A model generated the notes under the pieces. That model worked only from the letters and a program-made list of their open reading frames with translations, was not told where the DNA came from and ran no database searches. A DNA stretch of 40,159 nucleotides from the sequence record OZ035815.1. One strand, 5' to 3'. Numbering within the stretch: position 1 is the stretch's first letter; each line of letters opens with the position of its first letter. The DNA is from Kayfunavirus MT1B1P3. This document shows positions 6,489 to 17,002 of the stretch, piece after piece. Position numbers and translations under genes: made by a program.

Positions 6489-9170
6489 ATGAGCGTCATC
6501 TCTATTGATAAACACGACTTCTCTGATGTGTCGAACGCCATTGAGCCGTTTAACCTGCTGGCTGACCACTACGGGAAGGACCTTGCAGTCAAGCAGCTTC
6601 AGCTTGAGCATGAGGCATACACTGAAGGCGAGCGACGTTTCATCAAAAACCTTGAGCGACAGACTGAGCGCGGGGAACTGGCAGACAATCAGGTCGCCAA
6701 GCCTTTGATGCAGACTCTGGTTCCTAAGATTGCGCAAGCCGTCAGGGAGTGGTATGAAGGTCCAGACGGGAAGCTTTCAACCTCTCGTCCTAGCGTAGCG
6801 TTCACCATGTTAAGCACCGAAGAGAAGGCCGTCAAGGACCGCTCTCTGCGTATCCCTTGCGAGTCTGCTGCGGTCATCATACTGAAGGTCATACTCTCCA
6901 AGCTGGTAAAGCCTGAAGGGATACCGATTACACCGATGGCCTCCGCGATAGGTCGCACACTTGAGGACGAAATCCGCTTCGGTCGCATCCGTGACAAAGA
7001 GAAAGAGCACTTCAAGAAGGCGATAGCTGATAACCTGAATAAGCGGGCCGGGGCGTCCTACAAGAAAGCCTACATGCAAGCGGTCGAGACATCCATGCTG
7101 GAGCAAGGCCAACTGGAAGATGCGTGGGGAACTTGGAGTCCTACAGAGGCTGTCCACGTTGGCATCAAGATGCTTGAGATTGTCATCCAGTCAACACAAC
7201 TGGTCGAGCTTAAGCGGTACGGTGCTGGCAATGCAGCGGCTGACGTAGAGATGGTCCACCTGTCAGACTTCTGGGTCAAGAAGATGGCACAACGAGGATT
7301 CAGCCTTGCGGGTATAGCTCCAGTCTACCAGCCTTGCGTCGTTCCACCTAAGCCGTGGACTGGTGTCGTAGGTGGTGGGTACTGGGCCAAAGGTCGCAGA
7401 CCGCTACCCCTGATTCGCTTAGGGTCTAAATCAGCGGTGGCACGTTATGAAGACGTATACATGCCTGAAGTCTATGACGCTGTGAATATCATCCAGAATA
7501 CACCTTGGAAAGTGAACAAGAAGGTACTGGACGTGGTGAACATGGTCGAGAAGTTGAACAACACGCCTATTGATGACATCCCTCAGATGGAGCCACTGAA
7601 GCCTGAAGACTATGCGGGTGAGACTGAGGAGGAACTCAAGGCATGGAAGAAGGCTGCTGCTGGTATCTATCGCCGCGAGAAGGCCCGACAGTCGCGAAGA
7701 TTGTCACTGAGCTTTATCGTTAACCAAGCGAACAAGTTCTCTCAGTTCAAGGCCATCTGGTTCCCGTACAACATGGACTGGCGTGGGCGCGTCTACGCTG
7801 TTCCGATGTTCAACCCTCAGGGTAACGACATGCAGAAAGGTCTCCTTACTCTGGCAGTCGGTAAGCCTATTGGTGCTGACGGTTTCAAATGGCTGAAGGT
7901 CCATGGTGCAAACTGCGCGGGTGTTGATAAAGTCACCTTCGAGGAGCGCATCAAGTGGGTGGAAGACAACCACGACAACATTATGGCTGCTGCTAAGGCA
8001 CCGATGGATAGCATTGAGTGGTGGGGCAAGTTAGACTCTCCGTTCTGCTTCCTTGCGTTCTGCTTCGAGTATGCTGGTGTAATGCACCACGGATTGTCTT
8101 ACTCCTGCTCATTACCGATAGCGTTCGATGGGTCATGCTCAGGGATTCAGCACTTTAGCGCGATGCTTCGTGATCACATAGGTGGACATGCAGTAAACCT
8201 AACGCCTTCCGGTAAGGTCCAAGACATCTACCGAATCGTGTCCGACCGCATTGAGGAAGAGCTTAAAGTCCTGCTGGTTAACGGCACAGACAACGAGATG
8301 GTAACTCACGAGGACAAGAAAACTGGTGAGATTACCGAACGCCTCAAGCTGGGGACACGAGAGCTGGCCCGGCAGTGGCTGACTTACGGCATGTCACGCA
8401 AGGTCACTAAGCGTTCAGTAATGACTCTGGCCTATGGGTCGAAAGAGTACGGCTTCGCAGACCAAGTTTATGAGGACATCGTGATGCCGGCGATTGACTC
8501 AGGGTCTGGCGCTATGTTCACCGAACCAAGCCAAGCGTCCCGCTTCATGGCTAAGATGATTTGGGAAGCTGTGAGCGTGACCGTAGTTGCTGCGGTTGAC
8601 GCGATGAAGTGGCTTCAGGGTGCTGCCAAGCTGCTGGCTGCTGAAGTGAAGGACAAGAAGACTGGAGAAATACTGAAGCCTTGCCTTCCGGTACACTGGG
8701 TAACACCTGATGGTTTCCCGGTCTGGCAGGAATACCGCAAGAAGGATACCACTCGTCTGAATCTGATGTTCTTAGGGTCATTCAACCTTCAGCCTACGGT
8801 CAACAAAGGCACGAAGAAAGAGCTGGACAAGCACAAGCAGGAGTCAGGCATTAGCCCGAACTTCGTCCACTCACAAGATGGTAGCCACCTACGCAAGACT
8901 GTAGTCCACACGCACCGCAAGTATGGCGTGATGTCCTTCGCAGTGATTCACGATAGCTTCGGGACCATCCCGGCTGACGCTGAGTATCTGTTCCGTGGCG
9001 TCCGTGAGACGATGGTCGAGACCTACCGCGATAACGATGTGCTGCTTGACTTCTACGAGCAGTTTGAATACCAGCTTCACGAGAGCCAGCGCGACAAGTT
9101 GCCTGAGCTTCCGAAGAAAGGTAAACTGAATATCGAAGACATCTTGTCTTCAGACTTTGCATTCGCGTAA
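6489..9170 (+). CDS. 1: DNA-directed RNA polymerase, single-subunit (T7 gp1-like)
   Basis: 893-aa ORF; conserved T7 RNAP blocks recognised (TLAYGSKEYGF, PNFVHSQDGSHLRKTVV, VIHDSFGT, final FAFA); size matches T7 RNAP (883 aa). Confidence 0.97.
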   Translation: MSVISIDKHDFSDVSNAIEPFNLLADHYGKDLAVKQLQLEHEAYTEGERRFIKNLERQTERGELADNQVAKPLMQTLVPKIAQAVREWYEGPDGKLSTSRPSVAFTMLSTEEKAVKDRSLRIPCESAAVIILKVILSKLVKPEGIPITPMASAIGRTLEDEIRFGRIRDKEKEHFKKAIADNLNKRAGASYKKAYMQAVETSMLEQGQLEDAWGTWSPTEAVHVGIKMLEIVIQSTQLVELKRYGAGNAAADVEMVHLSDFWVKKMAQRGFSLAGIAPVYQPCVVPPKPWTGVVGGGYWAKGRRPLPLIRLGSKSAVARYEDVYMPEVYDAVNIIQNTPWKVNKKVLDVVNMVEKLNNTPIDDIPQMEPLKPEDYAGETEEELKAWKKAAAGIYRREKARQSRRLSLSFIVNQANKFSQFKAIWFPYNMDWRGRVYAVPMFNPQGNDMQKGLLTLAVGKPIGADGFKWLKVHGANCAGVDKVTFEERIKWVEDNHDNIMAAAKAPMDSIEWWGKLDSPFCFLAFCFEYAGVMHHGLSYSCSLPIAFDGSCSGIQHFSAMLRDHIGGHAVNLTPSGKVQDIYRIVSDRIEEELKVLLVNGTDNEMVTHEDKKTGEITERLKLGTRELARQWLTYGMSRKVTKRSVMTLAYGSKEYGFADQVYEDIVMPAIDSGSGAMFTEPSQASRFMAKMIWEAVSVTVVAAVDAMKWLQGAAKLLAAEVKDKKTGEILKPCLPVHWVTPDGFPVWQEYRKKDTTRLNLMFLGSFNLQPTVNKGTKKELDKHKQESGISPNFVHSQDGSHLRKTVVHTHRKYGVMSFAVIHDSFGTIPADAEYLFRGVRETMVETYRDNDVLLDFYEQFEYQLHESQRDKLPELPKKGKLNIEDILSSDFAFA

Positions 9171-9185
9171 CAGCAGGAGAAGTAT

Positions 9186-9416
9186 ATGTCAATGAAACTT
9201 GTAGCACACAACAAGGCATTCAACGATGGGTCGGGGCGTTGCCATGTAGAGCTTACTTATAAGGATTTAGTCATTCTCCGAGACAGACTACAAGCTGGTG
9301 TGACTGGGTGGATTCAACCTAACGAGTACAACCTTATAGCTTCGATTGATGAAGTGCTTAACGCGTGGATGGAAGACGAGCGCACTCAGTATCCGTCATT
9401 CCCTAGAATTAGATAA
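9186..9416 (+). CDS. hypothetical protein (76 aa)
   Basis: ORF with SD (gcaggag) directly after gene 1; no homolog recognised; T7 has no gene here. Confidence 0.45.
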   Translation: MSMKLVAHNKAFNDGSGRCHVELTYKDLVILRDRLQAGVTGWIQPNEYNLIASIDEVLNAWMEDERTQYPSFPRIR

Positions 9417-9428
9417 GGAGAGAGAGCT

Positions 9429-9644
9429 ATGAAATTTGCACACAAGCATACTGGCGTTAATGGTGGGACTCAAATCGTGACCGTAACAGAACACAATGGC
9501 GCGGGTCTGGTGAAGACCACGGTCATCCCGACCAAGATGTCCAAGCAGCTTAACATCCCGTTCAAGACTCTTGTAGATCTGGTCGAGTCCAGCCACGAGA
9601 AGTACCTGAAGGACGCAGTGTCCAAGCTGGAGCAGGCCAAATGA
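9429..9644 (+). CDS. hypothetical protein (71 aa)
   Basis: ORF with SD (aaggagagag) upstream; no homolog recognised. Confidence 0.45.
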   Translation: MKFAHKHTGVNGGTQIVTVTEHNGAGLVKTTVIPTKMSKQLNIPFKTLVDLVESSHEKYLKDAVSKLEQAK

Positions 9645-9720
9645 CAGACCTACAGTCACTGGCCTTGTGGCTAGGAGCACTCGCAGTATTCACTTTAATC
9701 CAACGCAGAAGAGGTTAACC

Positions 9721-9740
9721 CTAAACTATCACTATAGGAT
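9721..9740 (+). promoter_or_regulatory. phage RNAP promoter (phi1.1-like)
   Basis: ctaaactatcactataggat matches consensus. Confidence 0.65.
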
Positions 9741-9785
9741 TAGACTCAAGGTCATGACTCAAAGTCGTGGCCTTCATGATTAACC
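9741..9785 (+). promoter_or_regulatory. putative RNase III site (R1.1-like)
   Basis: tagactcaaggtcat...gtggccttcatgattaacc; resembles T7 R1.1 (aaggtcaatgagtggcctttatgattgacctt) from memory. Confidence 0.4.
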
Positions 9786-9815
9786 TTAAATAAACACTAC
9801 TGGAGATTTAACCAC

Positions 9816-9995
9816 ATGTATCAGAACACTATCAACTTCGAGCGCATTCGTGAACGTCAGCAGACTGAAGACTACATCCCGAATGGACGCAAGCTGAACA
9901 AGACCAAGCGTGGTGGTGGTGTCAAAGGCGCTTTCCGTAATGCTGAAGGTAAAGACTCTCTGGTCAACCAAGAGAAATACTTCGTAGGAGCATAA
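9816..9995 (+). CDS. 1.1: small basic protein gp1.1-like
   Basis: 59-aa hand-translated ORF containing GRKLNKTKR, as recalled for T7 gp1.1; below ORF-track cutoff. Confidence 0.55.
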   Translation: MYQNTINFERIRERQQTEDYIPNGRKLNKTKRGGGVKGAFRNAEGKDSLVNQEKYFVGA

Positions 9996-9999
9996 CCAA

Positions 10000-10263
10000 A
10001 TGGGCCGACTTTATAGTGGCAACCTCAACGCTTTCAGAGCAGCGTGTAACAGGCTCTACCAGTTAGACTTCGCTGTTATATCTCAGGAGTTTCAAGACCA
10101 TGTGTCACGCCAAGAGTGCATGAGACTCAGGGTGGAGGACCGAGCTGGTAACATCTTCGCGCTTGAGACCTTCACACACTACGATGAAGACGTGCTGTAT
10201 AATACTGCAACCAACTACCTCAACGGTCTCGCTGACCATATCGACACATGGAGCAAAGCATAA
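10000..10263 (+). CDS. 1.2: inhibitor of host dGTP triphosphohydrolase (T7 gp1.2-like)
   Basis: N-terminus MGRLYSGNLNAFRAA...RLRVEDRAGN matches recalled T7 gp1.2 (MGRLYSGNLAAFKAA...RLRIEDRSGN). Confidence 0.8.
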   Translation: MGRLYSGNLNAFRAACNRLYQLDFAVISQEFQDHVSRQECMRLRVEDRAGNIFALETFTHYDEDVLYNTATNYLNGLADHIDTWSKA

Positions 10264-11339
10264 TGACAACTATTAAAACCAACCCGCACCGCGCTGTAGA
10301 TTACTCTGAGTCTGGCGTTAAGAAGGCACTGGAAGCAGCCGGGTCTCTGGAAGCTGAAGTGAAGTACGACGGTGTGCGACTGAATCTCCCGGTCCTGCGT
10401 GAAGGTGAGACCTACTGGTTGAGCCGTGAGTCTAAACCTCTTCCAGCCTTGGAGTGGATGAACTCTGAGTTAGGGAATGCGTGGACACAAGCTGACTGGC
10501 GATGGTTCCTGCGTCAAGCTGGCTACGAAGGTGTGGGCATGATGATTGATGGCGAGGTCATGGTCAAAGGTGTAGACTTCAACACCTCCTCAGGTCTCAT
10601 CCGCACGAAGTGGCTGAAGCCTAACAACGAGGAGTTCGCTGAATGCTATCCGTGGCGTGGTAAGAAGGTCCCGTTCTGGGCAGCCCGGTCAAGACTTCAG
10701 GTTGTGGTATACGGTGTCGTAGACATGACAACCATTGCTGACCCGAAAGCCGAAGGTCCTATCCATAGCGTCACACGCCTGAAGGCTGAAGCTATCGTCC
10801 CTCTCCTCCAGAAATACTTCCCGGAAATCGACTGGGTTCTGTCTGAGTCACACACGGTCTATGACCTTGAGTCGCTCAACTCCCTGTACGAAGAGAAGCG
10901 TCTGGAAGGACATGAGGGTCTGGTAGTCAAAGACCCGCTGGGTAAGTGGAAGCGTGGCAAGAAGTCAGGCATGTGGAAAATGAAGCCTGAGGATACCATC
11001 GACGGGACCGTATGCGGACTCGTGTGGGGGACTCCGGGTAAGGCTAACGAAGGTAAGGTCATCGGCTTCGAGGTTCTGCTGGAGGACGGAATGGTAGTTA
11101 ATGCTTGTGGTCTGACTGAAGAACAGAAGAACGAGTTCACAGCTAACGTCGCTGAATCTAGTGGTTATACCTTGGCTGGTGGCCATGTGGTTATTCAGGA
11201 TGGGACCGAGAAGATCAACCCATACGAAGGCTGGCAGTGCGAAGTCCTCTTCATGGAGCGGTTCCCAGATGGTTCCCTTCGTCACCCTAGCTTCAAGTGC
11301 TGGCGCGGAACGGAAGATAACCCAACTGTTAAGAGTTAA
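10248..11339 (+). CDS. 1.3: ATP-dependent DNA ligase (T7 gp1.3-like)
   Basis: 363 aa; adenylation motif KYDGVR near N-terminus; size and position match T7 ligase. Confidence 0.95.
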   Translation: MEQSIMTTIKTNPHRAVDYSESGVKKALEAAGSLEAEVKYDGVRLNLPVLREGETYWLSRESKPLPALEWMNSELGNAWTQADWRWFLRQAGYEGVGMMIDGEVMVKGVDFNTSSGLIRTKWLKPNNEEFAECYPWRGKKVPFWAARSRLQVVVYGVVDMTTIADPKAEGPIHSVTRLKAEAIVPLLQKYFPEIDWVLSESHTVYDLESLNSLYEEKRLEGHEGLVVKDPLGKWKRGKKSGMWKMKPEDTIDGTVCGLVWGTPGKANEGKVIGFEVLLEDGMVVNACGLTEEQKNEFTANVAESSGYTLAGGHVVIQDGTEKINPYEGWQCEVLFMERFPDGSLRHPSFKCWRGTEDNPTVKS

Positions 11340-11349
11340 CTAAATTTCA

Positions 11350-11388
11350 ACCCAGTGGTCTTAGCGGACTGCTGGGTTTCTTTGCTTT
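11350..11388 (+). terminator. rho-independent terminator after ligase (TE-like, for host RNAP)
   Basis: hairpin acccagtggtc / gactgctgggt (11-bp stem with 2 G-U pairs, 6-nt loop) followed by tttctttgctttg. Confidence 0.55.
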
Positions 11389-11423
11389 GTGCTAGCAAGC
11401 TATCGTCTTGGCCACCAGCTAGA

Positions 11424-11445
11424 CCCTAAGCTATCACTATAGGAC
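11424..11445 (+). promoter_or_regulatory. phage RNAP promoter
   Basis: cctaagctatcactataggaca; consensus core with upstream variation. Confidence 0.55.
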
Positions 11446-11471
11446 AACCATCAACAACCTAAGGAGACTCT

Positions 11472-11732
11472 ATGTCTAAGAACTTAATGTTCAACCGTTA
11501 TACCGATACCTTCCACCTGTCTAACAACCCGTTCGCTTGCATTAAGCGCAACGAGAAGCTGGGATACTTCGGGAAGGCCGTTAAGCTGTCACCTACAGTC
11601 TATGCTCTGATTACTCCCGGCAAAGCTGAAGAGGCTCGCCAAAAGCGTGAGACCGACGTACCTGTGGTATACACCAAGTGGCCTCGCGTTCGTCTGTTTA
11701 TTGAGTTCGTGAAGGAGGTGATCAATGGTTAA
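11472..11732 (+). CDS. hypothetical protein (gp1.6-like by position and size)
   Basis: 86-aa ORF with SD (taaggag); identity by position only. Confidence 0.45.
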   Translation: MSKNLMFNRYTDTFHLSNNPFACIKRNEKLGYFGKAVKLSPTVYALITPGKAEEARQKRETDVPVVYTKWPRVRLFIEFVKEVING

Positions 11733-12165
11733 GGTGGGGGATACAGTTAACTATGTTGGACCAGTTGAAGCCCACACGGGACGCTCCTGTGGCAAGGTGA
11801 TAGTGGTTAAGAATGAGCATGTGGCTGTTGTTAAGTGGCCCCGTTTATCTGAACCACTCACTCACTCCATTAGTTCCTTAAGTATTACCAAGCAGGCGCA
11901 GTCCGAGCCGACAACCATAGGTCAGGAAGATAGCGTCCGTAAGCCATCTCACTATCAGGTCTTTGACGGTGTGGAATCCATTGAGATTATCGCTCGGTCA
12001 ATGACTGTCAGCGAGTTACGTGGGTTCTGCATGGGTAACGTCCTGAAGTATCGACTCCGAGCTGGTAAGAAGTCAGAGCTAGCAACTATGGAGAAGGACC
12101 TAAACAAAGCGGCCTTCTATCAGGAGCTGTTCGACCTGCATAAAGGTAAGTGCTATGACGTATGA
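11725..12165 (+). CDS. gp1.7-like protein with DUF3310-type C-terminal domain (putative nucleotide kinase)
   Basis: C-terminal pattern HYQ..DG.ESIEII......GNVLKY..RAGKK.....EKDL.KA.FY resembles the DUF3310 phage family (recalled); shorter than T7 gp1.7. Confidence 0.45.
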   Translation: MVKVGDTVNYVGPVEAHTGRSCGKVIVVKNEHVAVVKWPRLSEPLTHSISSLSITKQAQSEPTTIGQEDSVRKPSHYQVFDGVESIEIIARSMTVSELRGFCMGNVLKYRLRAGKKSELATMEKDLNKAAFYQELFDLHKGKCYDV

Positions 12166-12382
12166 AGAACTTAAAGCTGTAGGGGTGAAGCGTAGATCAC
12201 TCAGGTTTTATCGAGCATATAAGGCGCTGCGTAAGGGTATGTTAGAGTTCTCATTAGGACACAGCGAATATTGTGACTATGACCTCCTACCGTTTGCTTA
12301 TACGAAGACTCCTAGTATTATTATTAAGGTAGAGGAGTATGACCATTCTGACGACTGTGTAATGGTGAACAGATATGCTTAA
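12155..12382 (+). CDS. hypothetical protein (75 aa)
   Basis: ORF overlapping end of previous gene; no homolog recognised. Confidence 0.4.
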   Translation: MTYEELKAVGVKRRSLRFYRAYKALRKGMLEFSLGHSEYCDYDLLPFAYTKTPSIIIKVEEYDHSDDCVMVNRYA

Positions 12383-12469
12383 ACCTAGTGAGTGGTGCCG
12401 GGAGATGTACGAGAAGACTCTCAACCCGGACTACATTACGTTATACAACCAATGGAAGGAGCGCGGTTT

Positions 12470-12628
12470 ATGACCGAGGTTGAGAAGAAATACATCGTGG
12501 AGCTTGAGGGTCGAGTTCAGTCCTTCGAGGTTCCGGTGTACGCAAAGTCTCTTGAAGAGGCTACCCTGAAGTCCCAAGAGTATGAGGACGCTGGTTTTGT
12601 TGTCGGACGGATTCGTCCTGAGACCTAA
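12470..12628 (+). CDS. 2: inhibitor of host RNA polymerase (T7 gp2-like)
   Basis: [14 protein letters not shown]...GFVVGRIRP matches recalled T7 gp2 (SFEVPIYAETLDEA...GFEVTRVRP); ATG at 12470 has SD aaggag 9 nt upstream; ORF track extends to 12392 but without SD. Confidence 0.7.
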   Translation: MTEVEKKYIVELEGRVQSFEVPVYAKSLEEATLKSQEYEDAGFVVGRIRPET

Positions 12629-12645
12629 ACTATCACTGTAGGACA
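12624..12645 (+). promoter_or_regulatory. phage RNAP promoter variant (phi2.5-like)
   Basis: cctaaactatcactGtaggaca: one substitution at -3; gp2 stop codon is embedded in it. Confidence 0.45.
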
Positions 12646-12685
12646 GACGTCCAGTTCGTAACTTTAAATTAGGAGATGTACACCA

Positions 12686-13384
12686 ATGGCTAAAGAGCAA
12701 CTGAAGACTTTCACCACTCCGGTATCTGGTATCGTTGAGCCTTACGCATGGCTGAACAAAGCAGACACCAAGTTTAACGAGCGTGGTGAGCATAAGGTTA
12801 ACCTGACTTTCGACCTGAGCAACCCTAAGGTCCGTAAGATGATTGATGTCTTACAGAAGATTCACGACGATGCGTATGCGAAAGCACTCGCAGACCACGA
12901 GAAGAACCCACCTCAGGTTCAGCGTGGCAAGAAGCCTATTGAACCACGAGAAGGCGACATGCCGTGGATTGAGAATGGTGACGGTACTGTTACCCTTAAG
13001 TTTAAATGCTTTGCGTCTTACCTTAAAGACGGCAAGTCAGAGCCTATCGTATTACGGTTCTACGACACCGATGCTAAGTTAATCCGTGACGTCCCGAATA
13101 TTGGCGCTGGCTCAAAGCTGAAGGTCAAGTTTAAAGTCCTGCCGTTCAAGTGGAACGCTGCGACTGGTGCAAGCGTTAAGCTCCAGCTTGAGTCCTGCCT
13201 TCTGGTAGAACTGAAGGAATGGAAAGGTGATGGTGCTGGTGGCGATGGTGGCTGGGGTGATGATGAAGACCTCGGTACTGGCTACAAAGCGTCAACCGAT
13301 GGTGACTTCGGTGACGATGACTTCGGTGACGATGGTTCCGAAGGTGGTGACGACTCCAACTCTGGTGGCGATTACGACTTCTAA
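12686..13384 (+). CDS. 2.5: single-stranded DNA-binding protein (T7 gp2.5-like)
   Basis: 232 aa (same as T7 gp2.5); acidic Gly/Asp-rich C-terminal tail ending DYDF, like the T7 gp2.5 tail ending in F. Confidence 0.9.
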   Translation: MAKEQLKTFTTPVSGIVEPYAWLNKADTKFNERGEHKVNLTFDLSNPKVRKMIDVLQKIHDDAYAKALADHEKNPPQVQRGKKPIEPREGDMPWIENGDGTVTLKFKCFASYLKDGKSEPIVLRFYDTDAKLIRDVPNIGAGSKLKVKFKVLPFKWNAATGASVKLQLESCLLVELKEWKGDGAGGDGGWGDDEDLGTGYKASTDGDFGDDDFGDDGSEGGDDSNSGGDYDF

Positions 13385-13836
13385 TGGCCCAATGGTCTGC
13401 AAAACGGGGGCACTCTGTGGGTGCCTACCGCTCTGGACTTGAAGCCAAGAACCAGCAGTGGCTGGAACAGAATGGCGTCAAAGCGGAGTACGAAAGCCAT
13501 TATATCAACTATGTGATTCCGGCTTCCGACCACAAGTATACACCAGACTTTATCCTTCCTAACGGTATCATCGTGGAGACCAAAGGTATCTTCGATAGTG
13601 ATGACCGTAAGAAGCACCTTCTGGTACGAGAACAGCACCCAGAGTTAGACATCCGGTTCGTGTTCTCAAGTTCCCGCTCCAAGCTATACAAAGGGTCTCC
13701 GACCACGTATGGCGCATGGTGTGAAAAGAATGGCTATAAGTATGCCGATAAGTTCATCCCGGTTGAGTGGCTGAAAGAGGCGACTGTACGTCTGCCTTCA
13801 GGTATCCTCATCCCCAAGAAGAAAGGAGTTAAGTGA
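13384..13836 (+). CDS. 3: endonuclease I, Holliday-junction resolvase (T7 gp3-like)
   Basis: strong recalled similarity to T7 gp3 (YVIPAS.H.YTPDF.LPNGI.VETKG...SDDRKKHLL.REQHPELDIR.VFSSSR.KLYKGSPT.YG). Confidence 0.9.
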   Translation: MAQWSAKRGHSVGAYRSGLEAKNQQWLEQNGVKAEYESHYINYVIPASDHKYTPDFILPNGIIVETKGIFDSDDRKKHLLVREQHPELDIRFVFSSSRSKLYKGSPTTYGAWCEKNGYKYADKFIPVEWLKEATVRLPSGILIPKKKGVK

Positions 13837-14306
13837 TGACTCAGAAATATAGACTTAAGGTTAGTGGCTACGGGTGGCCTAAAGGCACTATCGTTACGAA
13901 ATGTGCGAAAGACCCTGCACCATCAAACGGACATACTCTGGTGGAATCCACTGAGCGTGGCACATACAAACACGGAGCAGCAGGTCATAACACTCAGCCT
14001 GATGGTATGTGGGGGGCGTGGGTTGTAAACGAAAATCTTGAGGAAATCGTAGAGGATAAACCTCAGGTCCTACCAGCCTCAAGCGTCCCTCCTGTCACCG
14101 TTAAACGTGAAGTCCTGACCATCAACAAGATTGGTGTAGGCCAGACGTTCATCGTCCACGGTAAGCCTGACGAAGTGTACGTGAAGATTAGCAACTCTCA
14201 CGTATTCAACCACAAGCGGCTACAGATGCACACGACTGACGCACAGCGCTTCCAGTCACATCTGAATCTTGTGGTAGTAGAACTGGTGGTGTACAATGGT
14301 AAGTAA
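13836..14306 (+). CDS. hypothetical protein (156 aa), accessory insertion between endonuclease I and lysozyme
   Basis: ATG at 13836 overlaps gp3 stop (tgATG) with SD aaggag upstream; no homolog recognised; T7 has no gene at this position. Confidence 0.5.
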   Translation: MTQKYRLKVSGYGWPKGTIVTKCAKDPAPSNGHTLVESTERGTYKHGAAGHNTQPDGMWGAWVVNENLEEIVEDKPQVLPASSVPPVTVKREVLTINKIGVGQTFIVHGKPDEVYVKISNSHVFNHKRLQMHTTDAQRFQSHLNLVVVELVVYNGK

Positions 14307-14754
14307 GGTACAGTTCAACCCACGGTCCCGGACTGACGCTATCTTCGTGCACTGTTCGGCTACCAAGCCAGAGATGGACATCGGGGTAGAGACCATCCGT
14401 ATGTGGCACAAGCAGCAAGGCTGGCTGGATGTAGGCTACCACTTTATCATCAAGCGTGATGGTACTGTGGAAGAGGGTCGCCCGGTAAATGTCGTAGGGT
14501 CACACGTTAAGGATTGGAACTCCCGGTCAGTAGGCGTCTGCCTTGTAGGTGGAATTGACGCTAAGGGTCAGTTTGAAGCTAACTTCACTCCAGCCCAGAT
14601 GAACTCCCTGCGCAACAAGCTGGCTGACCTGAAGGTCCTGTATCCTCAGGCAGAAATCAAAGCACACCATGACGTAGCACCTAAGGCGTGTCCAAGTTTT
14701 GACTTGCAACGCTGGCTGTCTACCAATGAACTGGTCACTTCCGACCGTGGTTAA
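14296..14754 (+). CDS. 3.5: lysozyme / N-acetylmuramoyl-L-alanine amidase (T7 gp3.5-like)
   Basis: strong recalled similarity to T7 lysozyme (DAIFVHCSATKP, WLDVGYHFIIKRDGTVE.GR, VGSH, GVCLVGGID, FTPAQM.SLR, HH.VAPKACPSFDL.RW, NELVTSDRG). Confidence 0.95.
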   Translation: MVSKVQFNPRSRTDAIFVHCSATKPEMDIGVETIRMWHKQQGWLDVGYHFIIKRDGTVEEGRPVNVVGSHVKDWNSRSVGVCLVGGIDAKGQFEANFTPAQMNSLRNKLADLKVLYPQAEIKAHHDVAPKACPSFDLQRWLSTNELVTSDRG

Positions 14755-14778
14755 TAAACTCTAAGGGAGAACAACCAA

Positions 14779-14994
14779 ATGATTAAAATTATCGAATTTC
14801 TTGGTCGTCTGGTGGTGCGTGGGTATCGTCGTGCTGCGGTACTGGAACGAAAGGTAGAAAAGAAGAATGCGGACGGTGCGGCTGATGCTGCTGCTCTGGC
14901 TGACAAGCTGACCATCGCGTCACTGGAAGCTGGAATGAAGGCTCGTCAGGCTGATACCAAAGCTGACCAGTTGGCTCAGTTCTTCAAAGCCTAA
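14779..14994 (+). CDS. hypothetical protein (71 aa)
   Basis: ORF with SD (taagggag) upstream; Ala/Lys-rich; not similar to T7 gp3.8. Confidence 0.4.
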   Translation: MIKIIEFLGRLVVRGYRRAAVLERKVEKKNADGAADAAALADKLTIASLEAGMKARQADTKADQLAQFFKA

Positions 14995-15012
14995 ACTATC
15001 ACCTTAGGGATG
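14991..15012 (+). promoter_or_regulatory. phage RNAP promoter variant before gene 4
   Basis: ctaaactatcacCTtagggatg: two substitutions (-4, -3) relative to consensus; followed by hairpin gggaca...tgtccc. Confidence 0.4.
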
Positions 15013-15059
15013 GGACAATTAGTCCTGTCCCTTTGTTCGCATTTGTGATTAAGGAGTGA

Positions 15060-16939
<1,880 letters not shown>

Positions 16940-16940
16940 G

Positions 16941-16985
16941 TCTAGACTCAAGGTCATTCACAGCGAGTGGCCTTTATGATTAGAC
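16941..16985 (+). promoter_or_regulatory. putative RNase III site upstream of DNA polymerase
   Basis: tctagactcaaggtcat...agtggcctttatgattagac, third copy of the conserved motif. Confidence 0.4.
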
Positions 16986-17002
16986 TAAACGGAGGATTAA
17001 CC

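Noticed and set aside
12392-12469. Longer N-terminal extension of the gp2-like ORF
   Set aside because: No SD upstream of 12392; the internal ATG at 12470 has a strong SD and gives a protein of T7 gp2 size; kept as an alternative only.
12843-13082. 79-aa alternative-frame ORF inside the SSB gene
   Set aside because: Embedded within a strongly supported gene, no SD, arginine-rich low-complexity translation typical of an off-frame read.
16967-17002. Upstream GTG start for DNA polymerase (ORF track 16967)
   Set aside because: The GTG lies inside the RNase III-like motif and has no SD; the ATG at 17003 has SD ggagg and aligns with the T7 gp5 N-terminus.
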